NCBI GenBank assembly: GCA_965225945.1
Contig: CBDDBZ010000020.1
Location: 1-64,000, forward strand
Reading direction: 5' to 3'
Length of the DNA: 64,000 nt
From: Alphaproteobacteria bacterium
GTDB lineage: Bacteria > Pseudomonadota > Alphaproteobacteria > GCA-2731375
The translations under genes and the position numbers were made by a program. The notes below the pieces were generated by a model. That model was given only the letters and a program-made list of their open reading frames with translations. It was not told the origin of the DNA and did not search any database. Numbering within the stretch: the first letter of the stretch is position 1; the number at the start of each line of letters is the position of its first letter. Shown in pieces: positions 40,410 through 51,910 of this stretch.

Positions 40410-40766
40410 TCAATCCTGCTCGATCGTGAAGCTTTCGCCGCAGCCGCAGCGGTCGGTCTCGTTGGGGTTGGTGAAGACGAAGCCGCTCTCGAACTTGCTC
40501 TCGCGATAGTCCATCTCGGCGCCGATCAGATACATCAGCGCCGTCGGATCGACGAAGACCTTGACCCCGCCGGTCTCGATGGTCTCCTCGAAGGGCTTCT
40601 GCTCCTGGGCGTATTCGACCTGGTACATCAGGCCCGAGCAACCGCCGGTACGAACACCGACGCGAAGCCCGACCACCTTGTCCTCGCCGCGCTCGACCAA
40701 TTGCTTGACGCGACGGGAGGCCGCGTCGGTCACCCGCAACACCGGTCCGAGGTTCATTCTTGGCAC
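40410..40766 (-). CDS. sufA: A-type Fe-S carrier (SufA/IscA)
   Basis: GGCSG, CGCGESF. Confidence 0.93.
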   Translation of the reverse strand: MPRMNLGPVLRVTDAASRRVKQLVERGEDKVVGLRVGVRTGGCSGLMYQVEYAQEQKPFEETIETGGVKVFVDPTALMYLIGAEMDYRESKFESGFVFTNPNETDRCGCGESFTIEQD

Positions 40767-40787
40767 TCCTCCATGGTCACAGCCGAC

Positions 40788-41195
40788 TCAGAACATGTTC
40801 AGCTCGACCCGGGCCGCCTCGGACATCATCGACATGTCCCAGGTCGGATCCCAGGTGAGCCGAACCTCGACCTCGCCGACGCCGTCCACGTCGGCGAGGG
40901 TCTGGGCGAGCTTGCCCGGCAGCACGCCGGCGACCGGGCAGCCCGGCGCCGTCAACGTCATCGACACCACCACCTTGCCGCTCGCATCGATGTCGAGCTC
41001 GTAGACCAGTCCCAGCTCATAGATGTTCACCGGAATCTCCGGGTCATAGACAGTCTTGGCCGCATCGATCACGGCCTCGAGCGAGGCGACATCGCCGCCC
41101 GCGATCAGCGGCCCGACGGCGCGGGCGACGCCGTCGGCGTCCAGCTCCGGCACGCCCTCGAAGCCCTCGAACATCAAAGCATCGTCTTGCATCAT
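40788..41195 (-). CDS. sufT: SUF system Fe-S assembly protein (DUF59)
   Basis: VYDPEIPVNIYELGLVY, MTLTAPGCPVAG. Confidence 0.92.
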   Translation of the reverse strand: MMQDDALMFEGFEGVPELDADGVARAVGPLIAGGDVASLEAVIDAAKTVYDPEIPVNIYELGLVYELDIDASGKVVVSMTLTAPGCPVAGVLPGKLAQTLADVDGVGEVEVRLTWDPTWDMSMMSEAARVELNMF

Positions 41196-41221
41196 GGCCT
41201 GTTCGGTCCCTCGTGAAGCCT

Positions 41222-41692
41222 CTACTCGGTCGTCACCGTGCCGCCGCCCTCGACGGCCGCGTTCATCGTGTGCCAGGCGAGCGTCGCGCACTTGACCCGC
41301 ATGGGAAACTCGTGCACCCCGCCCATGACTTGCAGCCGCTCCATCGCTTCCTGGTCGGCCTCCGGATGCGCGGCGGGATCGTAATCGTCGCGGGTGCACA
41401 TTTCGTGAAAGCTTTCGAAGAGGCGTCGGGCTTCCTCGACCGTCTTGCCCCGGACGATCTCGGTCATCATCGAGGCCGAGGCCTGGCTGATGGCGCAGCC
41501 CCGGCCGATGAAGGCCGCGTCCTCGATCCGCCAATTCCCGTCGAGCTTCAGGTGGACGGTGATGCGGTCGCCACAGATCGGATTGTCGCCGTGCGCGGAA
41601 TGGCTCGCGTCCTCGGGCTCACGGTGATTGCGCGGGTTGCGCCCGTGGTCGAGGATCACCTCCTGGTAAAGCTCGCGCAGGTCTTCGAACAT
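41222..41692 (-). CDS. sufU: SUF NifU-family protein
   Basis: LYQEVILDH, NPICGD, GCAISQAS, RVKCATLAW. Confidence 0.92.
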   Translation of the reverse strand: MFEDLRELYQEVILDHGRNPRNHREPEDASHSAHGDNPICGDRITVHLKLDGNWRIEDAAFIGRGCAISQASASMMTEIVRGKTVEEARRLFESFHEMCTRDDYDPAAHPEADQEAMERLQVMGGVHEFPMRVKCATLAWHTMNAAVEGGGTVTTE

Positions 41693-42963
41693 CAGCCGAA
41701 GATCTCCTTTACGCTCTCTAGCGCCTCGGCCAGCACCTCGACCTCGGCCTTGGTGTTGTAAAGGCCGAAGGAGGCCCGCGCCGTCGCCGCCACGCCGAGC
41801 CGATCCATCAGCGGCTGGGCGCAGTGATGGCCGACCCGGACCGCGACGCCGGCCCTATCGACGATGGTGCCGACGTCGTGCGCGTGCACGCCTTCCAGCG
41901 TGAAGGAGACGATCGCCGACTTCTCGCGCGCCCTGCCATACATGGTGAACCCCGGCACCTCGGCCAAACGCCGGTGGGCATGGCCCAAGAGGTCCGCCTC
42001 GTGTGCCGCGATGTTCGCCATGCCGAGCCCGTCGACATAGTCGATCGCGGCGCCGAGGGCGATCGTCTCGGGAATCGCCACGGTGCCGGCCTCGAAGCGG
42101 AGCGGCGGCGCCAGATAGGTCGTCTCCTCGAAGCTAACATGGCTGATCATGCTGCCGCCCCCCTGGTAGGGCGGCATCTTCTCCAGCAGCTCATACTTGC
42201 CGTAGAGCACGCCGACGCCGCCAGGCCCATAGAGCTTGTGCGGCGCGAAGGCGTAGAAGTCGCAGTCCAGGTCCTGGACGTCGACGGCCATGTGGTTGAT
42301 GCCCTGACAGCCGTCGAGCAGGACCGGCACGCCGTGTTGGTGTGCCAGGCGGGCGATCTCCTTCACCGGCAGCACGGTACCGAGCACGTTGGAGACGTGG
42401 GCGACGGCGACGAGGCGCGTGCGCGGGCCGATCAGGGCGGCGAATTCGTCGAGCAGGAAATTACCGTCGTCGTCCATCGGCGCCACCTTCACGACGACGC
42501 CGATCTGATCGCGCAAGAGCTGCCAAGGCACGATGTTGGAGTGATGCTCCATCACCGAGAGAATGATCTCGTCGCCTTCCCGGAAGAAGTTTCGCCCATA
42601 ACTCTGCGCCACCAGGTTGATCGCCTCGGTGGCGCCGTGGGTGAAGACGATCTCTTCCTCGCAGGCGGCGTTCATGAAGCGCGCGACCTTGCCGCGCACC
42701 GCGTCGTAGCGTTGGGTCGAGATCTGGCTCAGATAGTGAAGGCCGCGATGGATGTTCGAGTATTCCTCCTCCATCACCTGGCGCATGGTGTCGATCACGA
42801 CGCGCGGCTTTTGCGCGCTGGCGCCTGAATCCAGGTAAACCAGCGGTCGGCCGTAGACCTCGCGGGCGAGCACCGGGAAGTCGCGCCGGACCCGCTCGAC
42901 GTCGAAGCCGAGAGCGGAATTGTGTCCGCTTTCGGGGCGAGGGGCGCCCGCCACGTCGTTCAT
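41692..42963 (-). CDS. sufS: Cysteine desulfurase
   Basis: YLDSGASAQKP, EHHSN, HKLYGP, FEAGT, RVGHHCAQP. Confidence 0.95.
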   Translation of the reverse strand: MNDVAGAPRPESGHNSALGFDVERVRRDFPVLAREVYGRPLVYLDSGASAQKPRVVIDTMRQVMEEEYSNIHRGLHYLSQISTQRYDAVRGKVARFMNAACEEEIVFTHGATEAINLVAQSYGRNFFREGDEIILSVMEHHSNIVPWQLLRDQIGVVVKVAPMDDDGNFLLDEFAALIGPRTRLVAVAHVSNVLGTVLPVKEIARLAHQHGVPVLLDGCQGINHMAVDVQDLDCDFYAFAPHKLYGPGGVGVLYGKYELLEKMPPYQGGGSMISHVSFEETTYLAPPLRFEAGTVAIPETIALGAAIDYVDGLGMANIAAHEADLLGHAHRRLAEVPGFTMYGRAREKSAIVSFTLEGVHAHDVGTIVDRAGVAVRVGHHCAQPLMDRLGVAATARASFGLYNTKAEVEVLAEALESVKEIFG

Positions 42964-44282
42964 GTCGCGTCCTCCCCCTGGGCCCGCGCCGAGAATTCGG
43001 CGATCCGCGCCGCCAGGATTTCTCGCAATCCCGCGTCCTCGACCTCCGCCAGGGCGTCGACCAGGAAAGCCTCGACCAGGATCCGCCGTGCTGCTTCGAG
43101 CCCGATACCCCGGGTCCGGAGGTAGAACAGCGCATCCTCGTCCAGCGCGCCGGTGGTGGCGCCGTGGGCGCACTTCACGTCGTCGGCGAAGATCTCCAGC
43201 TCCGGCTTGGTGTCGATCTCGGCCCGGTCGGAAAGCAGCAGCGTCTTGTTGAGCTGGCGCCCGTCGGCCCCCTGGGCGCCCGGCGCCACGGTGACGCGGC
43301 CCTGGAAGACCGCCTTGGCCCGGTCGTCCAGCACGCCCTTGAAGACCTGCGCGCTGGTCGTCTTCTCGGCCCCGTGCGTCACCTCGGTGATGATGTCGCC
43401 CTGCTGGCGCTCGCGCAGCAGGTAGATCCCGCCGAGCCGGCAGTCCGCCGCCTCGCCGTCGAGCTCCGCGATCATCTCCTCGCGCGAGAGCCCGCCGCCC
43501 AGCAGCACGATGAAACCGTCGAGCCGGGCGCCCTCGCCCAGGCGGGCGAAGGTCTGATGGATCCGGTGGCAGTCGGGCGCCGTTTCGGCGAGACGGTGGA
43601 AGCTCAGCCGGGCGCGCGGGCCGAGATCGATTTCGCAAGCCTCGTTCACCAGTCGCGCGCCGCCGCCGAGATCGACCCGGTGCTCGACCAGGCTGGCGGC
43701 ACTGCCTTCCCCCAGCGCGATCAGATGGCGGAGATGATGGGCCTTGGTCTCGCCGTCGGCGATCGCCACGTGAACGCACTCGATCGGCTTCTCGACGACC
43801 ACGCCCGGCGCCAGGCGAAGGACGAAGCCGTCGCTCATCATCGCCGTGTTCAGGTCGAGGAACGGGCGCGTCGCATCCTCGTGATCGAGTGCCGCGATCG
43901 GCGCCGGCTTGGCCAGCGCCTCGGTGAGCGTGCCGAGCGCCGCCCCCTCCGGCAGGCCGGCGAAACTCGAGAGCGCGGCATTGAGCCGGCCGTTGACGAA
44001 GACCAGACGCGCCGCGACCGCTTCGCGAGCCAACAGTGTCGGTGCCCGGTCGAGCACCGGCGCCGAATTTGGCCGCTCGGGCGTCGGCTCCAGCTTCAGC
44101 AGCGTGTTGAGATTGGTATGACGCCAGGTCTCGGCCTTCGGCCTCGGCATGCCCTCGCGCGCCAGACGCTCTCGGGCCGCGCGGCGTAGGTCGGCCACCC
44201 ACGCGCCCTCGCCTTCGCCGAGCCAGGGGAGGCTCGGCGCCAGCGCCGTCGCGGCCCGGATTTGCCGCTGCGCCCGCACCAT
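42960..44282 (-). CDS. sufD: Fe-S assembly protein SufD
   Basis: ETWRHT, VFQGR, KPELEIFADDVKCAHG, FYLRTRGI. Confidence 0.93.
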   Translation of the reverse strand: MVRAQRQIRAATALAPSLPWLGEGEGAWVADLRRAARERLAREGMPRPKAETWRHTNLNTLLKLEPTPERPNSAPVLDRAPTLLAREAVAARLVFVNGRLNAALSSFAGLPEGAALGTLTEALAKPAPIAALDHEDATRPFLDLNTAMMSDGFVLRLAPGVVVEKPIECVHVAIADGETKAHHLRHLIALGEGSAASLVEHRVDLGGGARLVNEACEIDLGPRARLSFHRLAETAPDCHRIHQTFARLGEGARLDGFIVLLGGGLSREEMIAELDGEAADCRLGGIYLLRERQQGDIITEVTHGAEKTTSAQVFKGVLDDRAKAVFQGRVTVAPGAQGADGRQLNKTLLLSDRAEIDTKPELEIFADDVKCAHGATTGALDEDALFYLRTRGIGLEAARRILVEAFLVDALAEVEDAGLREILAARIAEFSARAQGEDAT

Positions 44283-45034
44283 CAGGCCGCCTCGCCCACG
44301 CCGTAGGCGGCATAACCTTCCGCCTCCAGCTTCTCGGCCAGCTCGCACCCGCCGCTCTCGACGATGCGGCCATTTACCAGCACGTGCACCCGGTCCGGCA
44401 CGATGTGGTTCAACAGCCGCTGGTAATGCGTGATCACCAGCATCGAGCGATCGGGCGCGCGGAGCGCGTTCACGCCTTCCGCGACGATTCCCAGCGCGTC
44501 GATATCGAGCCCGCTGTCGGTCTCGTCCAGCACCGAGAGCTTGGGCTCCAGGACCGCCATCTGCAGCACCTCGTTGCGCTTCTTCTCGCCACCGGAGAAG
44601 CCGACGTTGACGGCGCGGCGCAGCATTTCGTCGGTGATGGCGAGCTGCTTGGTCTTGGCCCGGACGTGCTTCAGGAACTGCATGGCGTCGAGCGGCGATT
44701 CACCCCGCCGGCCGCGGATCGCGTTCACCGCTTCCTTGAGGAAGGTCATGTTGGCCACGCCCGGCAGCTCGACGGGGTACTGAAAGGCGAGGAACAGGCC
44801 GTCGGCCGCGCGGTCCTCCGGCGCGCGATCCAGGAGATCGGAACCCTCGAAGGTGACCCGGCCCTCCGTCACCTCGTAGCCCTCGCGGCCCGCCAGCACG
44901 TAAGCGAGCGTGCTCTTGCCCGAGCCGTTGGGACCCATGAGAGCGTGCACCTCTCCCGGATCGATCCCGAGATCGATCCCCTTCAGCACCGCCTTGTCGC
45001 CGACCGCGACGTGCAAGTTCTCGATACGCAACAT
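44282..45034 (-). CDS. sufC: Fe-S assembly ATPase SufC
   Basis: GPNGSGKST, FQYPVE, GFSGGEKKRNE, DETDSGLDID. Confidence 0.96.
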   Translation of the reverse strand: MLRIENLHVAVGDKAVLKGIDLGIDPGEVHALMGPNGSGKSTLAYVLAGREGYEVTEGRVTFEGSDLLDRAPEDRAADGLFLAFQYPVELPGVANMTFLKEAVNAIRGRRGESPLDAMQFLKHVRAKTKQLAITDEMLRRAVNVGFSGGEKKRNEVLQMAVLEPKLSVLDETDSGLDIDALGIVAEGVNALRAPDRSMLVITHYQRLLNHIVPDRVHVLVNGRIVESGGCELAEKLEAEGYAAYGVGEAA

Positions 45035-45065
45035 GTCTCGACGTTCTCCTTCGCGCGGGCCGGCC

Positions 45066-46523
<1,458 letters not shown>

Positions 46524-46563
46524 GTCCGTCGTCGTCTCCCGAATAGGTTGCGCGGCGCGCCGC

Positions 46564-47013
46564 TCAGTGCGGCCGGGGGCCGAGCCCGGCCTGCCTCGAT
46601 GTGGGGATCACCGGTGCCGCCATCTCCTCCAGCGACACCTCTTCCAAGGCCCGACGGATCACCTGGTTGACCGGGTTCCAGTTGCCGCCCATGGGGCATA
46701 TGGCCTCGATGCCGCAGTGCTCGAGCGAGCCCTCGACGCACGCCGCGAGCGTGATCGGCCCCTCCAACGCGTCTATCACGCTCGCCACGCTGATCTCCCG
46801 CGAGGACCTCGCCAGCGCGTAGCCGCCCCCGGCGCCACGCCGCGACGCGACCAGTCCGGCGCCGCTCAACTGCTTCAACAGCTTGGCCACCGTGGGCCCG
46901 GGAACTCCCGACAATTTGGCGATTTCCGTCGCCGTCAAGACCTGGTCGCGGCGCCGCGCGAGCTGCGCCAGCACCACGACCCCATAGTCGGTCATCTTGT
47001 TCAATCGAACCAT
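46564..47013 (-). CDS. Rrf2-family SUF regulator (IscR/SufR-like)
   Basis: [13 protein letters not shown], three Cys ([15 protein letters not shown]); heads the suf operon. Confidence 0.92.
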   Translation of the reverse strand: MVRLNKMTDYGVVVLAQLARRRDQVLTATEIAKLSGVPGPTVAKLLKQLSGAGLVASRRGAGGGYALARSSREISVASVIDALEGPITLAACVEGSLEHCGIEAICPMGGNWNPVNQVIRRALEEVSLEEMAAPVIPTSRQAGLGPRPH

Positions 47014-47031
47014 TCTCGCCCGCCCTTCCGG

Positions 47032-47084
47032 ATATCGGACTAAATTGGTGCTGAATAAATGTGCCATACCCGCCGCCATGTCAA
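47032..47084 (-). promoter_or_regulatory. suf promoter with IscR type-1-like operator
   Basis: TTGACA on the minus strand at 47084-47079; ATATCGGACTAAATTGGTGCTGAAT (47032-47056) matches about 18/25 positions of the IscR type-1 consensus. Confidence 0.55.
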
Positions 47085-47213
47085 GCGGAGAATTCGGCGA
47101 TTGCGGACAAGACCCCCCCCGGGGAGGTTTACGGCGAGGTTCACGCTGGCGGGGTCTTGTCGACGTGGTAGGCTTCGAGGCCGCGAACGGTGACCTCGAA
47201 TTCGGGGGATGGC

Positions 47214-48458
47214 GTGACGACGGGATTGATTCGTATCGCTTTTCTTTTGCTGGCGCTACCGCTCCTGGTGGCCGCGAGCGCGCCTCCGGGCTACCAATCC
47301 GGCAAGGCGGCATACGGCAGAAAGGACTACGAGAGCGCCGTTCGCGACTGGAAGACGTCGGCCGCGGCCGGCCATGTGCGCTCGCAATTCAACCTGGCGA
47401 CGATGTACTGGCGGGGGCGCGGCGTGCAACGCGACCGGAAAAAATCCTACGTCTGGTTCGAGCGCGCGGCCAACCGGGGGCATTTGACGTCGCAATACAT
47501 GGTGGGCCGGTCCTGGGAAACCGGCGCCGGGGTTTCCAAGCATCCCGGACGGGCCAAGGTTTGGTACGAAAAGGCGGCGGGTGCTGGTCACAAACTCGCG
47601 CAATACCGACTGGGCCGCATGATGATGCATGGTCTGGGCTTCGAGAAGGCGCCGAAGGATGGCGTCCTTTGGCTGCGGAAATCCGCCGCGCAGGGCGTTG
47701 CCGCCGCCTATTACGAGCTCGGACGGGCGTATGCGGCGGGCCGGGGCGTGCCCGAGAACGAGGAAGCGGCGGTCGAGTGGTACCGCAAGGCGGCCGAGGC
47801 CGATCATGCCCTCGGAAAGGAGAGGCTGGCGAGCGCGATGATGCGGGGTCTGGGCCTCGCCGCCGATCCCGAGGGCGCGGTCGCGCTCTATCTCGAGGCG
47901 ATCAAAGGCGGCAGCAAGCTGGCCATGATGGGCCTGGGCGATGCCTATATCCACGGAAAGGGCGGCCTGGAGAAGGCGCCGGAGGTGGGCGCGGCGTGGT
48001 ATGGCCGCGCCGCCGAGCTCGGCCATTGGAGCGCCGGATTGAAACTCGCCCGGATGTACGACCAGGGCAGGGGCCTGGCGAAGGACCCGGGCCGGGCGCT
48101 CCACTGGTACCAGGTCGCGGCCCGGGCCGGCAGCGCCGTGGCGGGCTACCAGGCCGGACGGCGCCATGAACTGGGACAAGGCACCCCGATCGACTACGTG
48201 GAGGCGATCGAGTGGTACTGGCGCGCCGCCAAGGGGGGACACGGGAAGGCGATGAAGAAGCTCGGCGGCCTGCTCGAGGCCGGACGAGGCGTCGCCGTCG
48301 ACCCGGTGGACGCGTTCTACTGGTACAGCCGCGCCGAGGCCCGAGGCGTATCGACGCTGACCGACCGACAACGGCTGATCGGCAAGATGAGCGCGGCCGA
48401 GATGGCGGCGGCCAAACGCAAGCTCGACAAGGCGCGGCGCCAGGGGCTCGTCAAGTAA
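47214..48458 (+). CDS. Secreted Sel1-like repeat protein
   Basis: Signal peptide and about nine GxGVxxD...WYxxAAxxGH repeats. Confidence 0.92.
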   Translation: MTTGLIRIAFLLLALPLLVAASAPPGYQSGKAAYGRKDYESAVRDWKTSAAAGHVRSQFNLATMYWRGRGVQRDRKKSYVWFERAANRGHLTSQYMVGRSWETGAGVSKHPGRAKVWYEKAAGAGHKLAQYRLGRMMMHGLGFEKAPKDGVLWLRKSAAQGVAAAYYELGRAYAAGRGVPENEEAAVEWYRKAAEADHALGKERLASAMMRGLGLAADPEGAVALYLEAIKGGSKLAMMGLGDAYIHGKGGLEKAPEVGAAWYGRAAELGHWSAGLKLARMYDQGRGLAKDPGRALHWYQVAARAGSAVAGYQAGRRHELGQGTPIDYVEAIEWYWRAAKGGHGKAMKKLGGLLEAGRGVAVDPVDAFYWYSRAEARGVSTLTDRQRLIGKMSAAEMAAAKRKLDKARRQGLVK

Positions 48459-48474
48459 GGGCAGGCCGCGCCCG

Positions 48475-48540
48475 GCGCGCCTGCCCCAGAGGCCGATTTG
48501 CCGCCATCGAACGCTTCCATATGGTCGGATCGTGCTCTAG
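48475..48540. repeat. Partial (right-end) copy of the 14585-14852 MITE
   Basis: Near-identical to 14786-14852; ends CTAG. Confidence 0.88.
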
Positions 48541-48593
48541 TCCAGCGGCTTCGGATCTCCGAGCCTGGTCGATAGTTCCCGGTTAAAAAATCC

Positions 48594-48698
48594 TTCGTCA
48601 GGTTCGCCCGAGAGTGTCCGATGACGGTGAGGGGGAAAATGCAAAAGTTTCCCATGCGCGACTTGGAGATCGAAGCGCGCAAGGGCGATGCCGCCTAG
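48594..48698 (+). pseudogene. 3' stub of an AMP-binding acyl-CoA synthetase
   Basis: FVRFARECPMTVRGKMQKFPMRDLEIEARKGDAA* resembles the A10 motif PMTVTGKIQKF. Confidence 0.6.
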
Positions 48699-48720
48699 GA
48701 GCCGAGCGAAAGGAAGCATC

Positions 48721-49182
48721 ATGATGTTCTCGAAACCATCCCTGATGACACGAATCGTCGTGGGCAAGATCGTCGGGGCCGTCATCGGCCTCGCCGGCTT
48801 TCTCATGCTGCCCCTGTTCTGGCCCGAAGCCGATTGGCTGATCCGGTGGGGCGTGTTGCTGTGGTACACGACCGTCGGCGCCATCATCGGCGTGATGGGC
48901 GTCTATACGCGCCATCCGTTGCTGAATTTTCCCATGCCCTGGTGGCTGCGCGCGCCGGGGCTGGGGGCGTGGATGAACTTCGTGCTCGTCTTCTTCACTT
49001 ACGAGAAGATGGAGGCGATCCTCGTCTCCATGTTTGGCGTGGAGAGCGCTTGGACGTCACCGTTCTGGTTCGTCCTGGAGGGTGCGTTGGTGGGGCTGAT
49101 CATCGGCTTCCTCGCGACGCGCCTCGGCGGCGAGGGCGAGGCGGCGCTCCGCGCCGACCTGCGCGCGCGCGAAGGGCATTGA
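48721..49182 (+). CDS. Hypothetical four-helix membrane protein
   Basis: Four hydrophobic segments; GGAAG RBS. Confidence 0.75.
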   Translation: MMFSKPSLMTRIVVGKIVGAVIGLAGFLMLPLFWPEADWLIRWGVLLWYTTVGAIIGVMGVYTRHPLLNFPMPWWLRAPGLGAWMNFVLVFFTYEKMEAILVSMFGVESAWTSPFWFVLEGALVGLIIGFLATRLGGEGEAALRADLRAREGH

Positions 49183-49313
49183 GCGCCGCGCGTCCCGTGC
49201 CTTCCAGCTGCTCGAGCGGCCGCCGTTCGGGGGAGAAGCCGGGATCGCCAGACTCGTCTCGGCGTCGCTTGCGCGGCGATTGCGCCAGGGCCTGGGCGGC
49301 AGGCTCGGATCGA

Positions 49314-50465
49314 CTACGCCGCTTCGTCGAGCGCCTCCTGGATCGAGCGGTGGTAGAAGCCGAGCGCGGGCTCGTTGCGGCCGAAGACGACGTGCGGTTG
49401 TGCCTCGGTGTGGAAGCTCCGCTGAATGCCCTCGCCGAGGGGGAAGTCCTCGTTCTGAACCACTTCCATCAGCAAGTTCATGTTGTTGTCCCAGTGACGC
49501 CGAGCGCTGTCGGTGGACGTCGGCTCGGGCGTATAGAGTGAAATGTACATCCGGCTCGCGTCGGGGCCGCCCATCGGCTCCACCCGCCAGGTCTCCAGAT
49601 GGTCGCCCTGCACCAGGAACACGGTGTTGGGGAACAGCACGTAGACGATCGCGGTGTGGTGGATCAGATCCCAATCCGCTTCCGGGCGCTGGCGCATTTC
49701 GTCGAAGCTTGGGCGCACGTAGATGCCGCGCAAGTTGCGGCCGTAGCCGTCGAAGGTGGCGACGTTGGAGCGGATGATGCCGGTCAGCGTGTCCTTGTGC
49801 AGCACGTTCAGGTGGTAGGTCTCGAGGAAGGTGTCGACCACCAGCTTCCAGTTCATCTCCTGCTCCAGCACACGGGTCTCGAAGTGATGGTAGCTGGCCA
49901 GGTCGTAGGCGCGAAGCTCCTCCTCCAGGGGCGAGGTCAGATGGCCCTCGATGTCGATCTCGGCGCCGGGCGTCGCCACCACCCAGACCATGCCGTCCTT
50001 CTCCACCAGCGGCAGCGGAGTCAGGCCATACGTCGCCTGGTCGATCTGGTCGAAGCCCTCGAGGTGCGGGATCGCCACCAGGCGGCCCGAGCGGTCGTAG
50101 CTCCAGCCGTGGTAGGGGCAAGAGAACGATTTGCCGCACTCGCCCCGGCCCTCCAGCAGCATGGCGCCACGGTGGCGGCAGACGTTGAGGAAGGCGGCGA
50201 GCCGGCCCTCGTCGTCGCGCACGATCAGGATCGGCACCCCGTCGACGATCTCGGCCCGGTAGCCGCCGGGCTCCGGAAACTCGCAACCGAGCCCCATGAA
50301 GAGCGGGCCCTCGCGAAAGAAGGCCTTCCGCTCGCGCGCGAGGCGCGAGGGGCAGGTATAGCCCGCGACGGGGTTGCGATAGACCTCGTCGGCCATCGCC
50401 GTGGTGCGGTTGTCCAGATAGTCGCAAAGCCGGCGAGCCTGGGTGATCTGAACCTCTCGTCGCAT
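49314..50465 (-). CDS. Rieske non-heme iron oxygenase alpha subunit
   Basis: NVCRHRG...CPYHGW; NWKLVVDTFLETYHLNVLH; ED. Confidence 0.93.
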   Translation of the reverse strand: MRREVQITQARRLCDYLDNRTTAMADEVYRNPVAGYTCPSRLARERKAFFREGPLFMGLGCEFPEPGGYRAEIVDGVPILIVRDDEGRLAAFLNVCRHRGAMLLEGRGECGKSFSCPYHGWSYDRSGRLVAIPHLEGFDQIDQATYGLTPLPLVEKDGMVWVVATPGAEIDIEGHLTSPLEEELRAYDLASYHHFETRVLEQEMNWKLVVDTFLETYHLNVLHKDTLTGIIRSNVATFDGYGRNLRGIYVRPSFDEMRQRPEADWDLIHHTAIVYVLFPNTVFLVQGDHLETWRVEPMGGPDASRMYISLYTPEPTSTDSARRHWDNNMNLLMEVVQNEDFPLGEGIQRSFHTEAQPHVVFGRNEPALGFYHRSIQEALDEAA

Positions 50466-50475
50466 CTTCGGATCC

Positions 50476-51633
50476 TCAAGCGTAAGGGACGGCCACCCGC
50501 CCGATCTTCTCGCGGGCGATGATCATTTTCTGAATTTGCTCCGTTCCATCGCCGATTTGAAGCCCCATCACGTCGCGCAGACGCTGTTCGTGCGGCAGAT
50601 CGGTGCTGTAGCCGTAATGGCCGTGGGTCAGCAGGCAGCGGTGAATGACCTGAAAGGCCAGTTGCGGACACCACCATTTGCACATCGCCGCCTGCGAGGT
50701 GTGCGCCATGTCCCGGTCGCGCAGCCAGAGCGTCTGGTAGCACAGCAGGCGGGCCGCCGTCATCTGCGTCTCCGCCTCCGCCAGCGGTTCCGTCACGCCC
50801 TGGAACTTGGCGATCGGCATGCCGAAGGCTTCCCGCTCGGTGATGTATTGCCAGGTCTCCTCCAGCGAGGCGAAGGCCGGCGCCAGGCACTGCAGGCCGA
50901 TGATCGCGCGGCTGTAGTCGAAGCCGTTCATGATCTGGCGAAAGCCCTCGCCCTCATCGCCGATCATCCTCTCGGGCGGGACCTCGACATCGTCGAAGAA
51001 GACCGAGCTGCGGCCGACCGCGCGGGTGCCGAGGTCGTCGAAGGTGGTGACGCTGATGCCGGGCGCGTCCATCGGCACGACGAAGGCGGTGACGCCGCGC
51101 GCCCGCTCCTCGACCGCGCCGGTTCGCGCCAGCACGACGATCTCGTCGGCCTGGTTGGCGAGCGAGATCGAGGTCTTCTCCCCGTTCAGCACGAAGCGGT
51201 TGCCCTCGCGTCGCGCCTTCAGGATCAGCCCGGCGGCGTCCGAGCCGCCGCGCGGCTCGGTCAGGCCGAGGGCCAACACGCTCTCGCCCTTGCACATCGG
51301 CTCCAGGATCTCCCGGGCCAGCCCCGGCGAGGCGTGGCGCGCGATCATCGAGCCCAAGAGCGAGCCGTTCAGCACCACGTAACAGACCGAATGGTCGGCG
51401 CGGCCGATCTCCTCGGCGATGATGCCGGTCGTGGTGGTATCGAGTCCGAGGCCGCCGAATTCCTCCGGCACGTCGGCGCCGACGAGGCCGAGCCCGCCCA
51501 TCTCGCGGGTCAGATCCTTGCCGATCACACCCGCCCCCTCGCGCGCCTTGTAGGTCGGCGCCAGGCGGTCGGCGGCGAAGCGCCGGGCCGTCTCGCGGAT
51601 GGCCTCCTGTTCCTCGCTGAAGGCGAAATCCAT
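50476..51633 (-). CDS. aliB: Acyl-CoA dehydrogenase, cyclohexanecarboxyl-CoA dehydrogenase-like
   Basis: LTEPRGGSDAA, LNGEKTSIS, GFDYSRA, CLLTHGHYGY, QRLRDVMGLQIGDGT. Confidence 0.8.
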   Translation of the reverse strand: MDFAFSEEQEAIRETARRFAADRLAPTYKAREGAGVIGKDLTREMGGLGLVGADVPEEFGGLGLDTTTTGIIAEEIGRADHSVCYVVLNGSLLGSMIARHASPGLAREILEPMCKGESVLALGLTEPRGGSDAAGLILKARREGNRFVLNGEKTSISLANQADEIVVLARTGAVEERARGVTAFVVPMDAPGISVTTFDDLGTRAVGRSSVFFDDVEVPPERMIGDEGEGFRQIMNGFDYSRAIIGLQCLAPAFASLEETWQYITEREAFGMPIAKFQGVTEPLAEAETQMTAARLLCYQTLWLRDRDMAHTSQAAMCKWWCPQLAFQVIHRCLLTHGHYGYSTDLPHEQRLRDVMGLQIGDGTEQIQKMIIAREKIGRVAVPYA

Positions 51634-51715
51634 AGTGGCGTTCCCTTGTCGTTGGGCCGGAGGAACTAGGACGTTGTCCGACCCGGTCCGGCCACCTGGC
51701 GATGGCGATTTTGCC

Positions 51716-51805
51716 TCATGACATGTGGCGGCGAAAGTCGGCCGCCCGCTTCTCGCCGAGGGCGGTGAAACCTTCCTTCGATTCCGCCGTGTCGCCATGG
51801 GTCAT
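51716..51805 (-). pseudogene. 3' stub of a BadI/MenB-like crotonase
   Basis: DTAESKEGFTALGEKRAADFRRHMS* directly upstream of aliB. Confidence 0.6.
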
Positions 51806-51910
51806 GGCCACGCTCTCGCCGTTTTCTGTTAGGGTGCGCACCATCCTCGAATTCTAACTAACGATCGTTGGAATTCCCAGTTCCAATTGGCCGTGTTCCA
51901 CGGAGTTTCC

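Noticed and set aside
41692-44373. 893-aa extended SufS fusion in the ORF track
   Set aside because: The upstream part is an alternate frame over sufD; real SufS starts at 42963 with an ATGA overlap
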